Numbered from the whole stretch's first letter, positions 46,321-60,020 are shown. The stretch: DNA of 63,340 bases, filler included, from Nemertoderma westbladi (GCA_032718475.1; 3 parts of 3 records of this genome joined end to end with filler, not necessarily neighbours in it); one strand, 5' to 3'. Made by a program: numbers and translations. The notes: generated by a model not told the origin, from the sequence alone.

Positions 46321-49300
46321 TAAATTATACATAATATAATAATATTGGTTATTTATATAGCGCTTTTCTACGCTCAGCATACTCAAAGCGCTTTTATTAT
46401 CATTACCCCCAGCAAAGCCAGGTTCCCATTATACCGCTGGGTTGACGTAGGCACTAATGTCTAAAGTGTCTTGCCTAGGGACACAACAGTGCGAAATTTA
46501 TACAGCCTTTAGTCGGATTCGAACTTGCGCCACCAACACTATTGTGTAAGCAGTTCAGGCGCCGTATCCACTCGATAAAAATCATACAGCTGGAATTTCC
46601 AAACACTAATCCATTAAGGGTGTAAACGCCATGCAGATAAACCGACACCCAACGCCAACAACCACTATTAGAGCTAATTAATGTTATTTATTAATTGAGG
46701 GAAAGGAACAGGTTACAATGGAACTTTATTCCAACCAAAACAATAAACGAGAGTAGAGTCACGAACTTAGGTTACATTTTCATATTTGCTATTGTCGGCT
46801 GTCGGTTGTCGGCGTAGCGTTTACACCCAATTATAGTTTATACTGTATAATTTGTTCAAGTGATTTGCTTTAAGAAATGTGTTTTTAATTGACCTACACG
46901 TAAATAACTAATTAAAATGCCCCTTCTCTCCACGCTAATTCCATGTCCCCATAGAAGTCTGAAGGTATGGCGTGCTTGCTATTGCCTGGCTGGGAACCAG
47001 TCCACCTCACCACTACTCCAGCAATGCAATGGTGCTATATTAAACTGGCTGTGAACCAGTCCACCTCACCACTACTCCAGCAATGCAATTGTGCTATATT
47101 AAACTGGCTGGGAACCAGTCCACCTCACCACTACTCCAGCAATGCAATGGTGCTATATTAAACTGGCTGGGAACCAGTCCACCTCACCACTACTCTAGCA
47201 ATACAATGGTGCTATATTAAACTGGCTGGGACCAGTCCACCTCACCACTACTCCAGCAATGCAGCAATGGTGCTATATTAACCATATTAAATCCGGGGGT
47301 GGGTGGTCAATATGACCCCCCCCCCGTGTTTTTTTTGTTATAATTCTGAAACAAACGCAGTTGGGTATCTGAAATTTTAGGACTTTTCCTAAAATTCTAT
47401 TGTATTCCTAGTCGTGAAAACCGTTTTCAAAAATATTGGGTAGTTTTCGAGTTATAGCACCATTTTTTAACACTACTTTTGGCACTTTTTTTTGAGACGT
47501 TTTTTGAAAATTACATTTCAGTAAATATGATTTAAATATGATCTATTTTTGATTTACACCGGTTTTGTGGTGTTAGCAATTGGATATAAATTGATTTAAA
47601 AATTTCAAACTTGTTTTTTTCCCCGGGTGCCAAATTTTGGTGCCGCAGCACCAAATTTTGAAATATGTCAATTTTGTAAATTGATTGTTTGACACTTGTT
47701 TTTTACGCAATTGGGGTTTTTCGGGGTTCTGGTTTCGATGGAATATATACGAGTTGCACCAGGCGTATCAAACTTGTATTTTTCGGTGTTGTGTGCAAAT
47801 TTTGGTGCTAGCACGAAATTTTGAAAATCCATTCAATAGATAAAATTGCTTGTGACAATTTATTTATTGCGTTTTAGAGGTTCATGGCTGTTCTGAATTC
47901 AATGGAATATATAATTATCGAACTAGACATCTCAAACTTGTATTTTTCGGAAATGGGTGCAAAATATGGTGCGAGCACCAAATTTTGAAATCCATGAAAT
48001 ATATCAATTGATTGTGTCACCTTGTTTCTTGCGTTATACGTGTTTGTGAGGGTTCTGAATTCAATGGAATCAGTAAAACTTTTCAAACTTGAATTTTTCG
48101 GAGGTGGGTGAAAATTGTTGTGCCAGCACCCAATTTTTGAAAATAAGCAAATTGATCAGTAGATAGTATCATAATGTTTCATGCGTTATACGTGTTTATG
48201 AGGGTCCTGAATCCGATGGAATCAATAAAAACTGCACTGGACATGGCAAACTTGTACTTTTTGGTGATGGGGACGAAATTTGGTGCTACATTAGCACCAA
48301 AATTTGACAAATTACGCCGAAAAATACAAGTAGCAATGAACTGGCATATTTGAAATGTATTCCATTAGAATCAGCGCCCCAGAAAACCTGAAAATGTGAA
48401 TTCATAGCATCGTATAAGTGAAAGTGCTGAGTTACATGTTTTTTTCATTTTTTTCCAACGCAGAGAGGACTAAACAGCCATTTATAGTAATCATATCATT
48501 TTTAAATATTTTCCAATGTATTTTGTGCCCCCGAAAACCTGTATTGAAGAACAATTAGCCGAAAAATGCAATTTTCAAATTTTGTGAAAATTGTGCACTA
48601 CTTGTAATTTTGGTGCTGCAATATAACCACCCCAGTACATTTTTTTTTAATTTTTTTTTGGTCGGATCCAGACTAGTGATACCAGACTAGTGACTAGTGA
48701 TATTTGTATAACATTTTATAGCCCGGTACTAATAGGGTTAAACTGGCTAGGAACCAGTCCACCTCACCACTACTACTCCAGCAATGCAATGGTGCTACTG
48801 TATATTAACTGGCTGGGAACCTACAGTATATCATCTCAAACATTGACTGCGAAAGGAGCCAGACAGGTAACTTATTGTTTATTTCGTAAAATGATTGGCT
48901 AGGGTATTTAATGGTAATTCTTTAGAATTAGCTAAATAATTATGTTGAGGCATTGACATGGTAAATTAATTTATTAATATTTCAGTACCAATACTATCGG
49001 CATAAGGAGTTTTACTATTTCTTACAAATTGGGTCGCATCACGCCTAAATTATCGTACTTTTAAAACCCCAATTCTCTGTTAATACCTGGGTGTCATCAA
49101 TCCTTTGTCCTCCTTTGGGTTGGGGTGGGTGGAGATAAACGTAAACATTTATACAGTATATTAGTAGACCATTGTGGTTACGTAAGTACCGGTAGTTCGG
49201 TATAATTTATCGTTATTTCGTATAGATTGTGATAAGATTTGTAATCCGAGGTTTCATCGGTCTATTTTGATGGTTGAGGGGTTTAGATTGCACATTGCAG

Positions 49301-49856
49301 ATGTTTGGAGTATATTCTAGTTAGGTCTTGATATCTCCACCTACTGGCTCCAGAAGTCGAGGAAATCATGCCAAGTACCTAACTGATCTAGACTTTGCTG
49401 ATGACTTAGGAGTACTCTCAGAATCATTAGAGGGAGCCCAACGGCTCCTCAGCTCATTAGAACATGCTGCTTCTAATGTTGGTCTTTTTATTAACTCCAG
49501 AAAGAGCAAAATTTTGACAGTTAACTTTGAAAGTTCTCAGCAAGTCTCTGATCGGAAGAGCATAAGCTCAAAGGATGGTATGCTTGAGCATATGGACGAC
49601 TTTTGTTACCTGGGATCATGGATCCGGAAGTCAGGTGAGGACCTTCGAATACGTAAGGGAAAGGCATGGGCAGCCTTGAATAGGCTTTCCAGGATTTGGA
49701 AGTCACCGAGAATTAATCGGAAACTTAAGGTCCGATTATTTAGAGCAGCCAGTAGTTCCAGTACTCCTCTATGGGAGTCCATGCTGGGCTCTAACTGCTG
49801 AGGACACCAAATCTCTGGATGGCACATTCACAAGAATGCTACGGAGGGTTCATTGT
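46320..49856. repeat. Segmental duplication, copy 2
   Basis: Matches 32634-36263; begins at a Helitron 5' end and ends at a BEL LTR terminus. Confidence 0.95.
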
Positions 49857-51608
49857 TGTAAAGGCTTTTGCGGATATAACCAGTCATTTTTCTCCGCAAT
49901 GAACTGTTTAGTTGTTTTAGCGGACATAACAAGCCATTTTTCCCGCAAAGTACTGTGTAGGTGTTTTAGCGGACATAAAAAGCCATTTTTTCTGTATGTG
50001 TACTTTAGCGGACATAACAAGCCATTTTATGCCGCAATACGCCAAATACTCTTAATACAGTGTGGTTCAGATGACGAAATCTATCAGCTGATTTTGATGT
50101 CGATGTGGAGCTTTCTTAACTCTCTTTGTTCAGCTCACTCGACCAATCAGAGCGATTTTCATTTTATTTGCACAGAAGCCTACGGGAAATCGCGCAATGC
50201 ATGACGGTTTTTGTTTACCTTTTCCTGAGCCCCAAAACATCGGCTTTGGAATTATTCTGAGTTTCAGACTTTAGCCAAACAATCGACGGCTTTGATTATA
50301 GGAACGTATAACTGTTATCGCAGCCCATATCATACTATACATACCTTTCACCGCATTATTTTACTGCTATTTACTGTCGGTTATTGATTGTTATAAGTTG
50401 ATGGATATGTTGTTATATTTGGAGAATATCGATAAATAATCATAAAACCCCAATCTTCTTGATATACTGAAGGTAAGAGGGACTAGTTACCTGTAGCAAC
50501 TGCTACTTACATTATAGTGGTTTTGGAGTGAATTGAATGCTATTTCATAATCCCTACATGTGTCAGTTACTATTCTCCTTATATATGATCAAATTTAGTG
50601 AAGGTCGGCAGATTAGTGTGCAGCAGTGTGCGGTAGTGTGCATGAGAGTGACAGATAACAAAGCATTTCCTAAAGAATGCGCTTTATACGAAAATCATTA
50701 GCCATCCCGTTGTGTTTAGTGTAAGTCATAACTCTGTTTACATACTTAAAGCGCCACGTCCTAAAGGAACTGTTAATATTTCCCGAAAGTAAATAATATT
50801 TGTCAGAGATATTATAGTAACGAGCAATCGAATAATACAGTAAGTCTACACCGCAATAAGGTCAGAGCCTCCGAATCCAGTCTCCCTTAACTGTGGGTGA
50901 ATGGTCGCGCATAGGCTGGCTTCGGCTAATGTAACTTTATATCTTATATGCAACAAATACTTGTTATAGGCTAAAGTCGATTTATAAACTAGAAGACACC
51001 TAAAATTAGCGGGTTAAACTGCTAAAGGTCTAAAAGCGCGAACAATAACAGTTATAGATTTTTCCTTTATTGCACAGTAGACAATAAATACAGTTTACTA
51101 TTGTTCTGGTAAGAACAATAACATTATTCTAGTTTATTTATTGCAACGTAGGCAATAAAGTCGAAAGTACCGGTATCTATTAATTAATGGAATTTTGGGA
51201 ACTTTATAAATTGCGTAAAAATGGCAATTTATTAAATTCATTAAAAGGCATGAATTTAAATTGATTCCCTGCAATTTTATTATTTGCTAATTAAATGGAC
51301 ATATTTGGATTCCAGAACATGTCTGGGAACACAAGATCTATTGGATAACGCGAAAGCGATATCCATAAATGAAAACATTTATTGATGTAAAATCAACAAG
51401 GTACAATATATTGATGTAATAATAGGTAAAGATATGTTACTCACAATAAGTACAACAGATATAGGAGTGCGGAATGTATAATGTGTAAATCAGCTGTAAG
51501 TACATAGTGTAGATTAGTGAACTGTACTAACCAAACACATTAATTGGCAATATAAGTACTAAAGATATAATTGGCAATATAAGGTCTAATATCATATTAT
51601 TCTCTACA
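49857..51608 (-). mobile_element. Probable 3' LTR (~1.75 kb) of the BEL/Pao element
   Basis: On the minus strand, PPT AAGGGGGCGG directly precedes TGTAGAG (51608), and the LTR ends CTTTACA (49857) exactly where LINE homology breaks. Confidence 0.75.
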
Positions 51609-52000
51609 CCGCCCCCTTGCTTTGTATAAAAAGCAACACACATACTGTACTACCATAAATAATAGAAATGGGGCAATGGGCCACGGTTGCTTCTGACAAT
51701 GTGGGTAACAATAAAAAACAATAAAGATGTAAATAGTAAATAATACAGAACACAGCAATACGCGATATGTATTTTGTATTATAATATCGCTCATAAATAT
51801 GCAACCACCACCATTGCAATGCTGTTTATAATTAATTGAGTTTATAATAAATTAATCATACAAATCTAACACCGTATAAGCACGCTACGGTGTTAATAAC
51901 GAGTTATGTGAATACAAGAAATACAATTTATATATACTACTGTACCTACTGTATATTAACCAACGTCACCCATGCCAAGACAAGATTCGGGTTGTTTGAG

Positions 52001-54473
52001 TTAAGTTTTGTAAAAACCAAGTATTTTGTTTTGTTTAGCGTTGCGGGGATGTTTTGATTGCAGAGTAGACTCAATTTTTTGTTCTACACTTGAATCAGTT
52101 CTTGGTTTAATCTTGTCCATGCTAATGGTTATATTTTCTAATCCTGTTGGGTTTGGTGGAACTTCCAAGGGGATTAAATGTTTAATAGAGCGAGTCAAAT
52201 ATGTAGCCTCTTTGCCTCTTTTTGCTATTTTAATTCGTACTGAACGAATTTCACCATCTCTGCTTTCGAATAATTTGTCGACCCTGCAGATTTTCCACAA
52301 ACAACGGGGTAATTTTTTGTCACACAATAAGCAAATGTCGCCTATGGCGGGTTTGATCAAATTCGATTCAGACCGATTATTGGTGCGGTGGCTTTCGCGT
52401 AACTCTTTTAAGTAGTGGTCACGCCAAAATTGCCAAAAGCAATTAGCCGCAATCTCTTGATATTTTTTTCTGTTTTTGAGGGTTTTTGCGGTTATTTCTA
52501 AATTTTGGGATTTGACAAACGGGTGGGGTAATGCACAGAGCCTCTTCCCAACCAGGAAGTGACTTGGAGTAAGGACATCAAAACACTCTGTGTCGTCAGT
52601 ATGTATATAAGTCAGCGGCCTACTATTTACAACTCCTTCACAAGTTACAAGTAAGGTTGCAAATTCGTCATCTGTTAGTACAGCCCGTCCCATTACTTTA
52701 CGTAGGTTGGATTTTACACTGCCAACCAGCCGTTCTATGAAGCCATACGCAGATGGATACCTCTCAACATTGAACTTCCATTCAATTGATAAATTTCCGA
52801 ATGCGTGTTTAACTGCTTCACTATTTAATACTTTATTGTATAACACTAATTCTTGGGATGTTTTTTTAAATGTACTGGCATTGTCACTTAATATCAGTGA
52901 TGGTATACCCCTACGGCTTATAAAACGTTGCAATGCTGATATAAATGACGTCACATGTAAACTTGGGACAAGTTCTAAGTGGATCGCCCTGGTTACTGCA
53001 CACGTCATTAGGGCGACATAAACTTTAGTGATACTACCTTGTGGGTCACTAAGTGTACGTGTTACGTTTAGAGGACCGCAGAAATCGATTCCTACATTGG
53101 TAAATGGGGATGATTCTTCGGTTAATCGTTCTATTGGTAGTGGACTAATGTCAGGTGATTTATATGGCTTACCCTGTATTACTTTGCAACTAATACAGTT
53201 TCGTAGCACACGTTTGATGACTTGGCGACCACGAGGTAACCAATAGTTTTCCCTTAGCTGTGCGAGTGTGGCTCTAACGCGACCATGCATAACCTGTTCG
53301 TGGGCAGTGCGAATTATTAATACTGTATAGTGGTCATTTGCTGGAAGTAATATTGGATTTTGAGAATTCCAAGATAGAAGTGGCGTCTTCGCCCTGCCCT
53401 TTGAACGAATAATCCCGCCACAATCGATGAACAAATTCAATTGATTTACTAACTTTGGGCACTTACCTTTCCCTTGTGTTAAATATTGGATGATAGGCAT
53501 GTAATGTTGTGATTGTATATGTTTTATTAATAACATTTCTGAGGTTTGAATTTCTTTGGTTGTGACTGTATTATCTAGTATAAGTGCGTTACTTGTGCCT
53601 TTACCTATTTTTGCTTTCACATTAGCAATGAATCTTAACACCCATCCCAATATACGAAGTGGTTGAAGTTTTGAACTATATTCCGTATAATCAATAACAT
53701 TAGATATAGAACAGTTTTGTTGAGAAATTACAGTGGTAATGGGACACTCTGGCCAGCTTTCCTCTCCACCAGAAAGAAGAAATTTCGGACCATGGAACCA
53801 CAATTCCGAATTAATCAGTTTTTTTGTGCTGATTCCTCTTGTAGGAATATCAGCCGGATTATCATGACCTGGGCATAATAGCGCCATCTAGCGTTCATTT
53901 TTTCTGTCAACACGTTTATACTTTGGACTCTATTCTGTACAAACTGTTTATATTGTTTATTGCCATGTAGCCAATACAGTACGTCGTGAGCATCAGTCCA
54001 AAGATAGACAGTGGAATCCTGTAACTGAAGCTCACTCATGACATCATACGCTAAATATGAAAGTATATACGTTCCAAGCAGTTCCAGCTTGGGAGTGGAG
54101 GGCGGTTTATTACTTGCCTTTGATTGCGGGGTTACTTTAGTTCTACTTGTTACTAATGAAACACTGTAACTGTTATCTGTATATATCGCCCTAATATATA
54201 TAACTGCTGCATACAGACGATCACTGGCGTCTGAGAAGCCATGTAATTCTACTTGATGAACTTGTTTATGAGTATCAAAGTAGTATCTTGGAATTGAAAC
54301 TTGATCGAGAGTTCGTAAGTTGTCTAAACATCTGTGCCATAATGTTAATAAATCGTCAGGAAGGGGTTCTTTCCACTGCAACCCTTTTTGACAAGCAGAT
54401 CGGAAAATAGATTTCCATGGGGCTGTAACCGGAGCTAATATGAAAAGTGGGTCAAAAACTCGGGCTACTAGCT
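52001..54473 (-). mobile_element. BEL/Pao pol 3' part (RNase H and integrase) with one frameshift near 53880
   Basis: ELHGFSDAS, PKLELLG, WTDA; CPGHDNPADIPTRG; GIDFCGP, RAIHLELV, SDNAST, VNSRPL, LTPSHFL. Confidence 0.95.
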
Positions 54474-54573
54474 NNNNNNNNNNNNNNNNNNNNNNNNNNN
54501 NNNNNNNNNNNNNNNNNTTAATTAATTAANNNNNNNNNNNNNNNNNNNNNNNNNNNNNNNNNNNNNNNNNNNN
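54474..54573. other. Artificial scaffolding linker
   Basis: N44-TTAATTAATTAA-N44. Confidence 0.97.
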
Positions 54574-56173
54574 TTCACATAGATAATAAAACGTTAATGT
54601 TAACCAATACCCACCACCAGCCAACGTTATTAGGCAACCAATGTACACCCCAGGGTCTGAGTCCGCGTTAGTCGATTGTGGCAAACTGGGCCCTACGAAT
54701 GCTTTTGTTGTGCATTGAACTTTGACATTGATTAGTTCTTGTATTACAGTAAACCTTGAAACGTTTCCCATCTGACATGACCAAGCGAAGAGGGACATCA
54801 GGAATTAAGGCAAGGGATTGGCCTATATACTACTATTCTATTGAAACTATATTCTAGCTATAAATAGTTACAGTATATACCTATACTGTATGACTATTAA
54901 ATCATTGATATGTTTTAATTAATATATATTGAATAAGTAGCCCCCTACATATTTTAAAAAACACAATTTGGTTGAGTAACCTAAACAGTTTCGAATATCT
55001 GTTGGTTTAAATTTTTCATTTAGTTGCCACATTGAACATTGTTTGTTATGTTCAACTAAATTTTGTAAATTACATATTATATTTAATTTATTTTTGAAAC
55101 ACGTTAAGTAAAAACCTCAACCGGTAGTTATGCTAGGACCAAACCATTTAAAAAAAACTAAAAAGCAAATGGGCGTAGACGTCAGCTGATTGTAGGTTTC
55201 ATTCCGCAGCTGAATGCATTCTCAAGGGGAAAGAACGGGTAATTTAATGAAGAGAGACGCTCTGTAACTAACCAAAGGGAAGCAGCACCACAAACTTGCG
55301 ACAATCATGGTTCTGTTTGTTGATGACCGGTCTGTGTGTGCGTATAATTTTTTACATAGTATAGGGTCTATTCGGCAGTTCAATTAGCCTATTCTATTAA
55401 AACCCGCAGTATATTATATGCTGTACTTACTGTACTGTATACTCTTTTTTATTTGTTGTTGGTGTTTTTGCCTTCTAGGTGTAGGCCTATCTTATCATCA
55501 GTTATATTTTTTGTTTGGGAATGACTTTAATATAATAAATAATTATTATTATGCAGATGTAAAAAAAGTGATTTTTCGGGATCTGAGATCGGTTTTTCGA
55601 TAAGTTGTTTAGTTCTCGAGTTATTATGTAAACAAACATTCCGTGCAAATTTTTATGTGAACATAATAATATTATCGGAACTGATTTACCGTACTGTATA
55701 ATACGAAATGCGCCATAACGTTTTTAGAAACAAAATTCAGTCAACACAATTATGGTATAAAATGTTTGTTTTTCCTATTTTTGCTAACAATGATACAATT
55801 TTATTGCACAGTTTAAAGGTCGATTGAAAAACGTCGTCAAAAATCTATTTCGATTTAGTCATTGTACAATAATATAAACATCTTTAACATTACATTGTCA
55901 AAAGTAAACTTATTTTTTTTCATTGCTTATGATTTGGATGCAATAAAGTATAAAATACTTTTGAGGCCTTAATTCCAAAAACTGCGGAATATTCTAAATG
56001 TTTTTCTATTTGATAGTCGTTCAGGTGTCCAATAACTCGAAAACAACTGATATTGCAACCAATGGAACAACTGATATCAGATTCGGATTCAGCATAATTT
56101 GTTATTTAAAAAAGCATCGTCTTTGTCTATTTCTCCTCTTATTATTTTCTTTTTTGTTTACTTTTTAAACATC

Positions 56174-56611
56174 ATGTCTCTGAAAGGTAAAGTTGCCTTA
56201 GTAACCGGAGCCTCTACTGGTATCGGAAAGGGAATCGCACTCCAACTATCAGACGCCGGAGCGAAGGTCTACATAACTGCGCGAACGAAAGAACGGAAAC
56301 CAGATCAACCGGGGATGTCGTTGGATGAGGTTGTAGAAGAGGCGGCGGAGAGAGGCGGAAAAGTCACAGCGATTAAATGCGATCATTCTAAAGAAGAAGA
56401 CATAATTTCTGTATTTAAATCGATAGAGGAGAAAGAGAAACGATTGGATATTCTGGTGAATCATTGTTTCCCTACTGGGTTATTGTATAACGGTCAATTA
56501 GGATCGCCTTTCTGGGAATGGCCAATCGATACGTTTAGTAGAATGTCGAGCAGTGGACTGAATGTTCACTACATCGCTTCTTCGTTAGCTGCTAAAATGA
56601 TGATAAAACAG
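56174..56611 (+). CDS. DHRS1-like short-chain dehydrogenase/reductase, exon 1
   Basis: MSLKGKVALVTGASTGIGKGIALQL, KVYITAR, CDHS, RLDILVN and PFWE are DHRS1-type motifs. The donor position is inferred (CAG|GGATGT, non-canonical). Confidence 0.8.
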
Positions 56612-57515
56612 GGATGTGAATGTAGCTTGACAACATGAGTTTTACAATAAGGTAACAACAGTGGGGAGCTGGGAATCTAATTAATTCGTTACAAATTGTC
56701 AAAAATTCAAATTATCATAATGTCAGAGGACGAACAATCCCATACAATCCATTTATTTCAACGATGAGAACGATCTGTTGTTTTTCCAAATAAGTCGGCA
56801 GTTTTGAGCGGAAATGGTCAAACTTTAAATGAAATTATCAAATAATTACTTGTTCAAATTTTCATATTATTATACTCCTCCGTCATTTTGTACCCAAATT
56901 CTATAATTTATGGCTCATTTTAATGGTTTTTGGATCTTGAAAATCTCTCCAGCACGATTTTAAATTTTTGTTCAAATATTATTGATTAATTTAATTAAAA
57001 AATTATAGTTTATAAGATCTGCTGGAGTGTTTTTGTACATTCCAAAAAAAGACAACAAAGTTTCAACAAATTAGAAAAAATATTAAGAGACTAGTGGTGT
57101 TTTTAGTGAAATGTAGATAGAGACAGTACATTTTTAGCCTCCCCACGTTAACATAACACCAAATAACAGATGTATTGACCTAAAACACGGTCTTTCAGAT
57201 GTTTTAAAAAACAATCTCCCGAGGGGTTACACCCAAACCCAGAGAGACACCCTGAAGATTAAGTGGATAATTGTGGGGGAGGGATGTCACTGAATTTTAA
57301 TTAATACACTGAGTGCCACTGTAACCTGGTTCTTTCCATTCACTTAATTGATAATTTATCATTAAGACGCGATATTAATTCGCCGAGATGGTATCCCCCC
57401 CCCCCCCCCCCCCCCCCATTCTCTCCCCTACATGATGTAGGCCTGTATATTATAAATAACCTGTTTCGGTACTTTAACCTGTTGTCTCGCTACCATCCAT
57501 ATATCCCTTACTAAG

Positions 57516-57983
57516 GGCGGCGGTCTAATTGTCAGCACTACCGACTTATCGGACGAACAGATAAAGGATTTACGGAGCAAAGGAGCGGCGTCGGACGGTG
57601 GGGACAACCCCGACTACTACGCCGGGACCGGCCTCGCGGCCAGTATGGTCAAAGCCGGGTTGGATAGGATGACACGGATGATGGCCATTGAGTTGCGGCC
57701 CCATAATGTAGTCGTTGTCGGGTTACAACCCGGATTCATAATGACGTCATATGTGGAGAAGTTTAAACGGAAGATTGACAGCGGACATTGGGAACCACAC
57801 GAAGATAAGTTTATTAAGTACATCGGTCCGTGGTTCGGGGTAATGAAACCAGCTACCATAGAGTCTCCAGGGAAAGGTGTTGTTGCTTTGGCAACAGATA
57901 CCGATGCTATGAAGTTCTCAGGCAAACTTCTAGATAACGACTCATTGGCTAAGCATTACAAATTCGATATTATCTACGTCTAG
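57516..57983 (+). CDS. DHRS1-like SDR, exon 2
   Basis: Acceptor ctaag, then GGGLIV...KAGLDRM..MAIELRPHNVVVVGLQPG...ESPGKGVVALATD...SGK..LAKHYKF. Confidence 0.8.
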   Translation, partial: GGGLIVSTTDLSDEQIKDLRSKGAASDGGDNPDYYAGTGLAASMVKAGLDRMTRMMAIELRPHNVVVVGLQPGFIMTSYVEKFKRKIDSGHWEPHEDKFIKYIGPWFGVMKPATIESPGKGVVALATDTDAMKFSGKLLDNDSLAKHYKFDIIYV

Positions 57984-58185
57984 TTTGTGGTACTTTAGAT
58001 AAGTCTAAGACTTCGTTTTAATTTATAACTATTTTTAATATTTCGTAATATTTCCAGAGCTCTATAAAAAAGCGACACTTATTGAAACTGAAACTTATTT
58101 TATGTCTCTAATGACGTCTTCTGACCAAGATAACCGATTTAGTGCTAATATTTAGTTAAAGTAGCCTGGTAATCATAGGATGTAG

Positions 58186-58310
58186 GACAATTCGGTCCCG
58201 GACAATTCAGTCCGGACAATTCGGTCCCGGACAATTCGGTCCCAAAACACTAAATAAATGGGACCGAATTGTCCGGGACCGAATTGTCCGGGTCCGAATT
58301 GTCCGGTTCC
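58186..58310. mobile_element. Tiny MITE of inverted 15-bp tandem repeats (GGACAATTCGGTCCC x4 / GGGACCGAATTGTCC x3)
   Basis: Directly visible, with a ~16-nt spacer. Confidence 0.85.
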
Positions 58311-58756
58311 TGATAGCAACTTTTTAGTGCTTTTTTGATATTGGTGAAGGTTCTAGAATATTAGTAGATATATTTTTTTATGGTAGCTTTTGTTTTTTAC
58401 TAGCTTCTGTATAATTTTTTGAAAATTTAAAAATACTGTATTTTTTTTTTATTTTTGATATTGGTAAGTGTTATTGATATTTCAGAATTAGGTCTAAACT
58501 GTTGCAAATTATATTAATTACCAAAATTATTGATGATATTATAACAGTTTAAGCTGAACATCGTGTGGCGGTACAGTTTTTAAATCTAAATTCAGCAAGT
58601 GTGCTGAATGAGATCCAGCTGTTATCTAGGATAATAATTTAGGCTTGTAAAACAACTAACAACACATATACGGTACATACTGTACGCAATATATAAAAAA
58701 AAATCAGTTTTAAACATTTTAAATACATACTATTACTAGCTAGTAAATAATTCACA

Positions 58757-59037
58757 AGCCTCCACACACGGAGCAACTTGTTTCTGAAACTTGTTTCTGA
58801 AACTTGTTGCTGGACCCCCTCACACACAGAAACGTGTTTCCGAAACTTGTTTCCGTGTGTGAGGACTCCAGACTCAAGTTTCTGCAACTTGTTTCTGAAA
58901 CTTGTTGCTGGACCCCCTCACACACAGAAACTTGTTGCTGCAACTTGTTTCCGAAACTTGTTTCTGTGTGTGAGGGGGTCCAGCAACAAGTTGCTGGAAG
59001 AAGTTGCAGAAACAAGTTGATCCGTGTGAGGGGGGCC
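58757..59037. mobile_element. PIF/Harbinger-like MITE with internal AACTTGTTTCTG repeats
   Basis: GCCTCCACACACGGAGCAACTTG mirrors CAAGTTGATCCGTGTGAGGGGGGCC; TTA flank on the right. Confidence 0.7.
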
Positions 59038-60020
59038 TTAAGAGATATAAAATAGCCGCAACTCTCAAAAACACCCAAAATAGAGTAAATAAACGTGCTG
59101 GCTCAAGTATCACAGTGCAAATGAATGAGATAGTGGCGCAAATTAGGTCGCGAATGCGTAATTACGATATCTTGTTTCGTTTATACTTTTAAGAGAAATA
59201 ATTAAAAAATATAAAATGGAATGGGGTGTGGGAATTAAGCTGTATAATTTTTTAAGTACAATTAATTCACTCATATAGTAGAAAATAATTAATTTCCATG
59301 AAAGGACACACTGGAAATGCCGTTACTAACATAATTAACTGCTATTTTATTTTATCTTCTCGAAGGCCACACATAAATTCTCATTGAAATCTTTTCTCAA
59401 ATTTATCAACTTTTGCCAGACTACATGACTTTAGTGGCTCGCCCCACATGTACCGAATGCCACTTGCCAGCACTTGTAGTTGTAGCCTAATCCTATAAGA
59501 ATTATCAAAATGCACGAAAGTTGAGGGTCTATGTATTTGTACCAAAAATTGCAGATGGGGGGGGGGGGGGGGGGGGGTAACTGGACGCAATAAAAATTCA
59601 TCCCTCTCCAGGGAAAATTCAACGCAAATAACAGCTGATTACTCTCAAAAATAACACTGTAACCTGTTCAATTATGTTTAGTTTATTGTTTTGGTTAAAA
59701 TAACGTGCCACTGAACCTGCTCCTTTTCCAAAATTGAGAGTTAAAGTAATTTAACATTGAGATGGTATATTAATTCGCCAGTTTCCTCCCCTTTCTCAAT
59801 ATTTGAATTAATACTGTAGGATTCCCTACGTGTTTAGTGTGATGTATGCAGAACGTGAAAATTATAATGGTAAAATATGAAAGATTTCATACATTGGAGA
59901 TTGGACCATACTTTCATATTCTAAATAAACTCCACCACATAAAATGGGCACAGCAAACTTCGCAATGAAACGGGATTGGCAAAAAGGTAGAAGGGCTCAA
60001 ATATTAGGAGTTAAGCGCAT

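Noticed and set aside
25525-54473. Two BEL fragments as one element; AGCT at both ends of the middle contig
   Set aside because: The integrases are clearly different and in opposite orientation; the 4-bp match may be chance or an assembly artefact.
56099-56173. N-terminal hydrophobic extension of the SDR
   Set aside because: Starts at TTG in T-rich upstream sequence; family similarity begins at ATG 56174.
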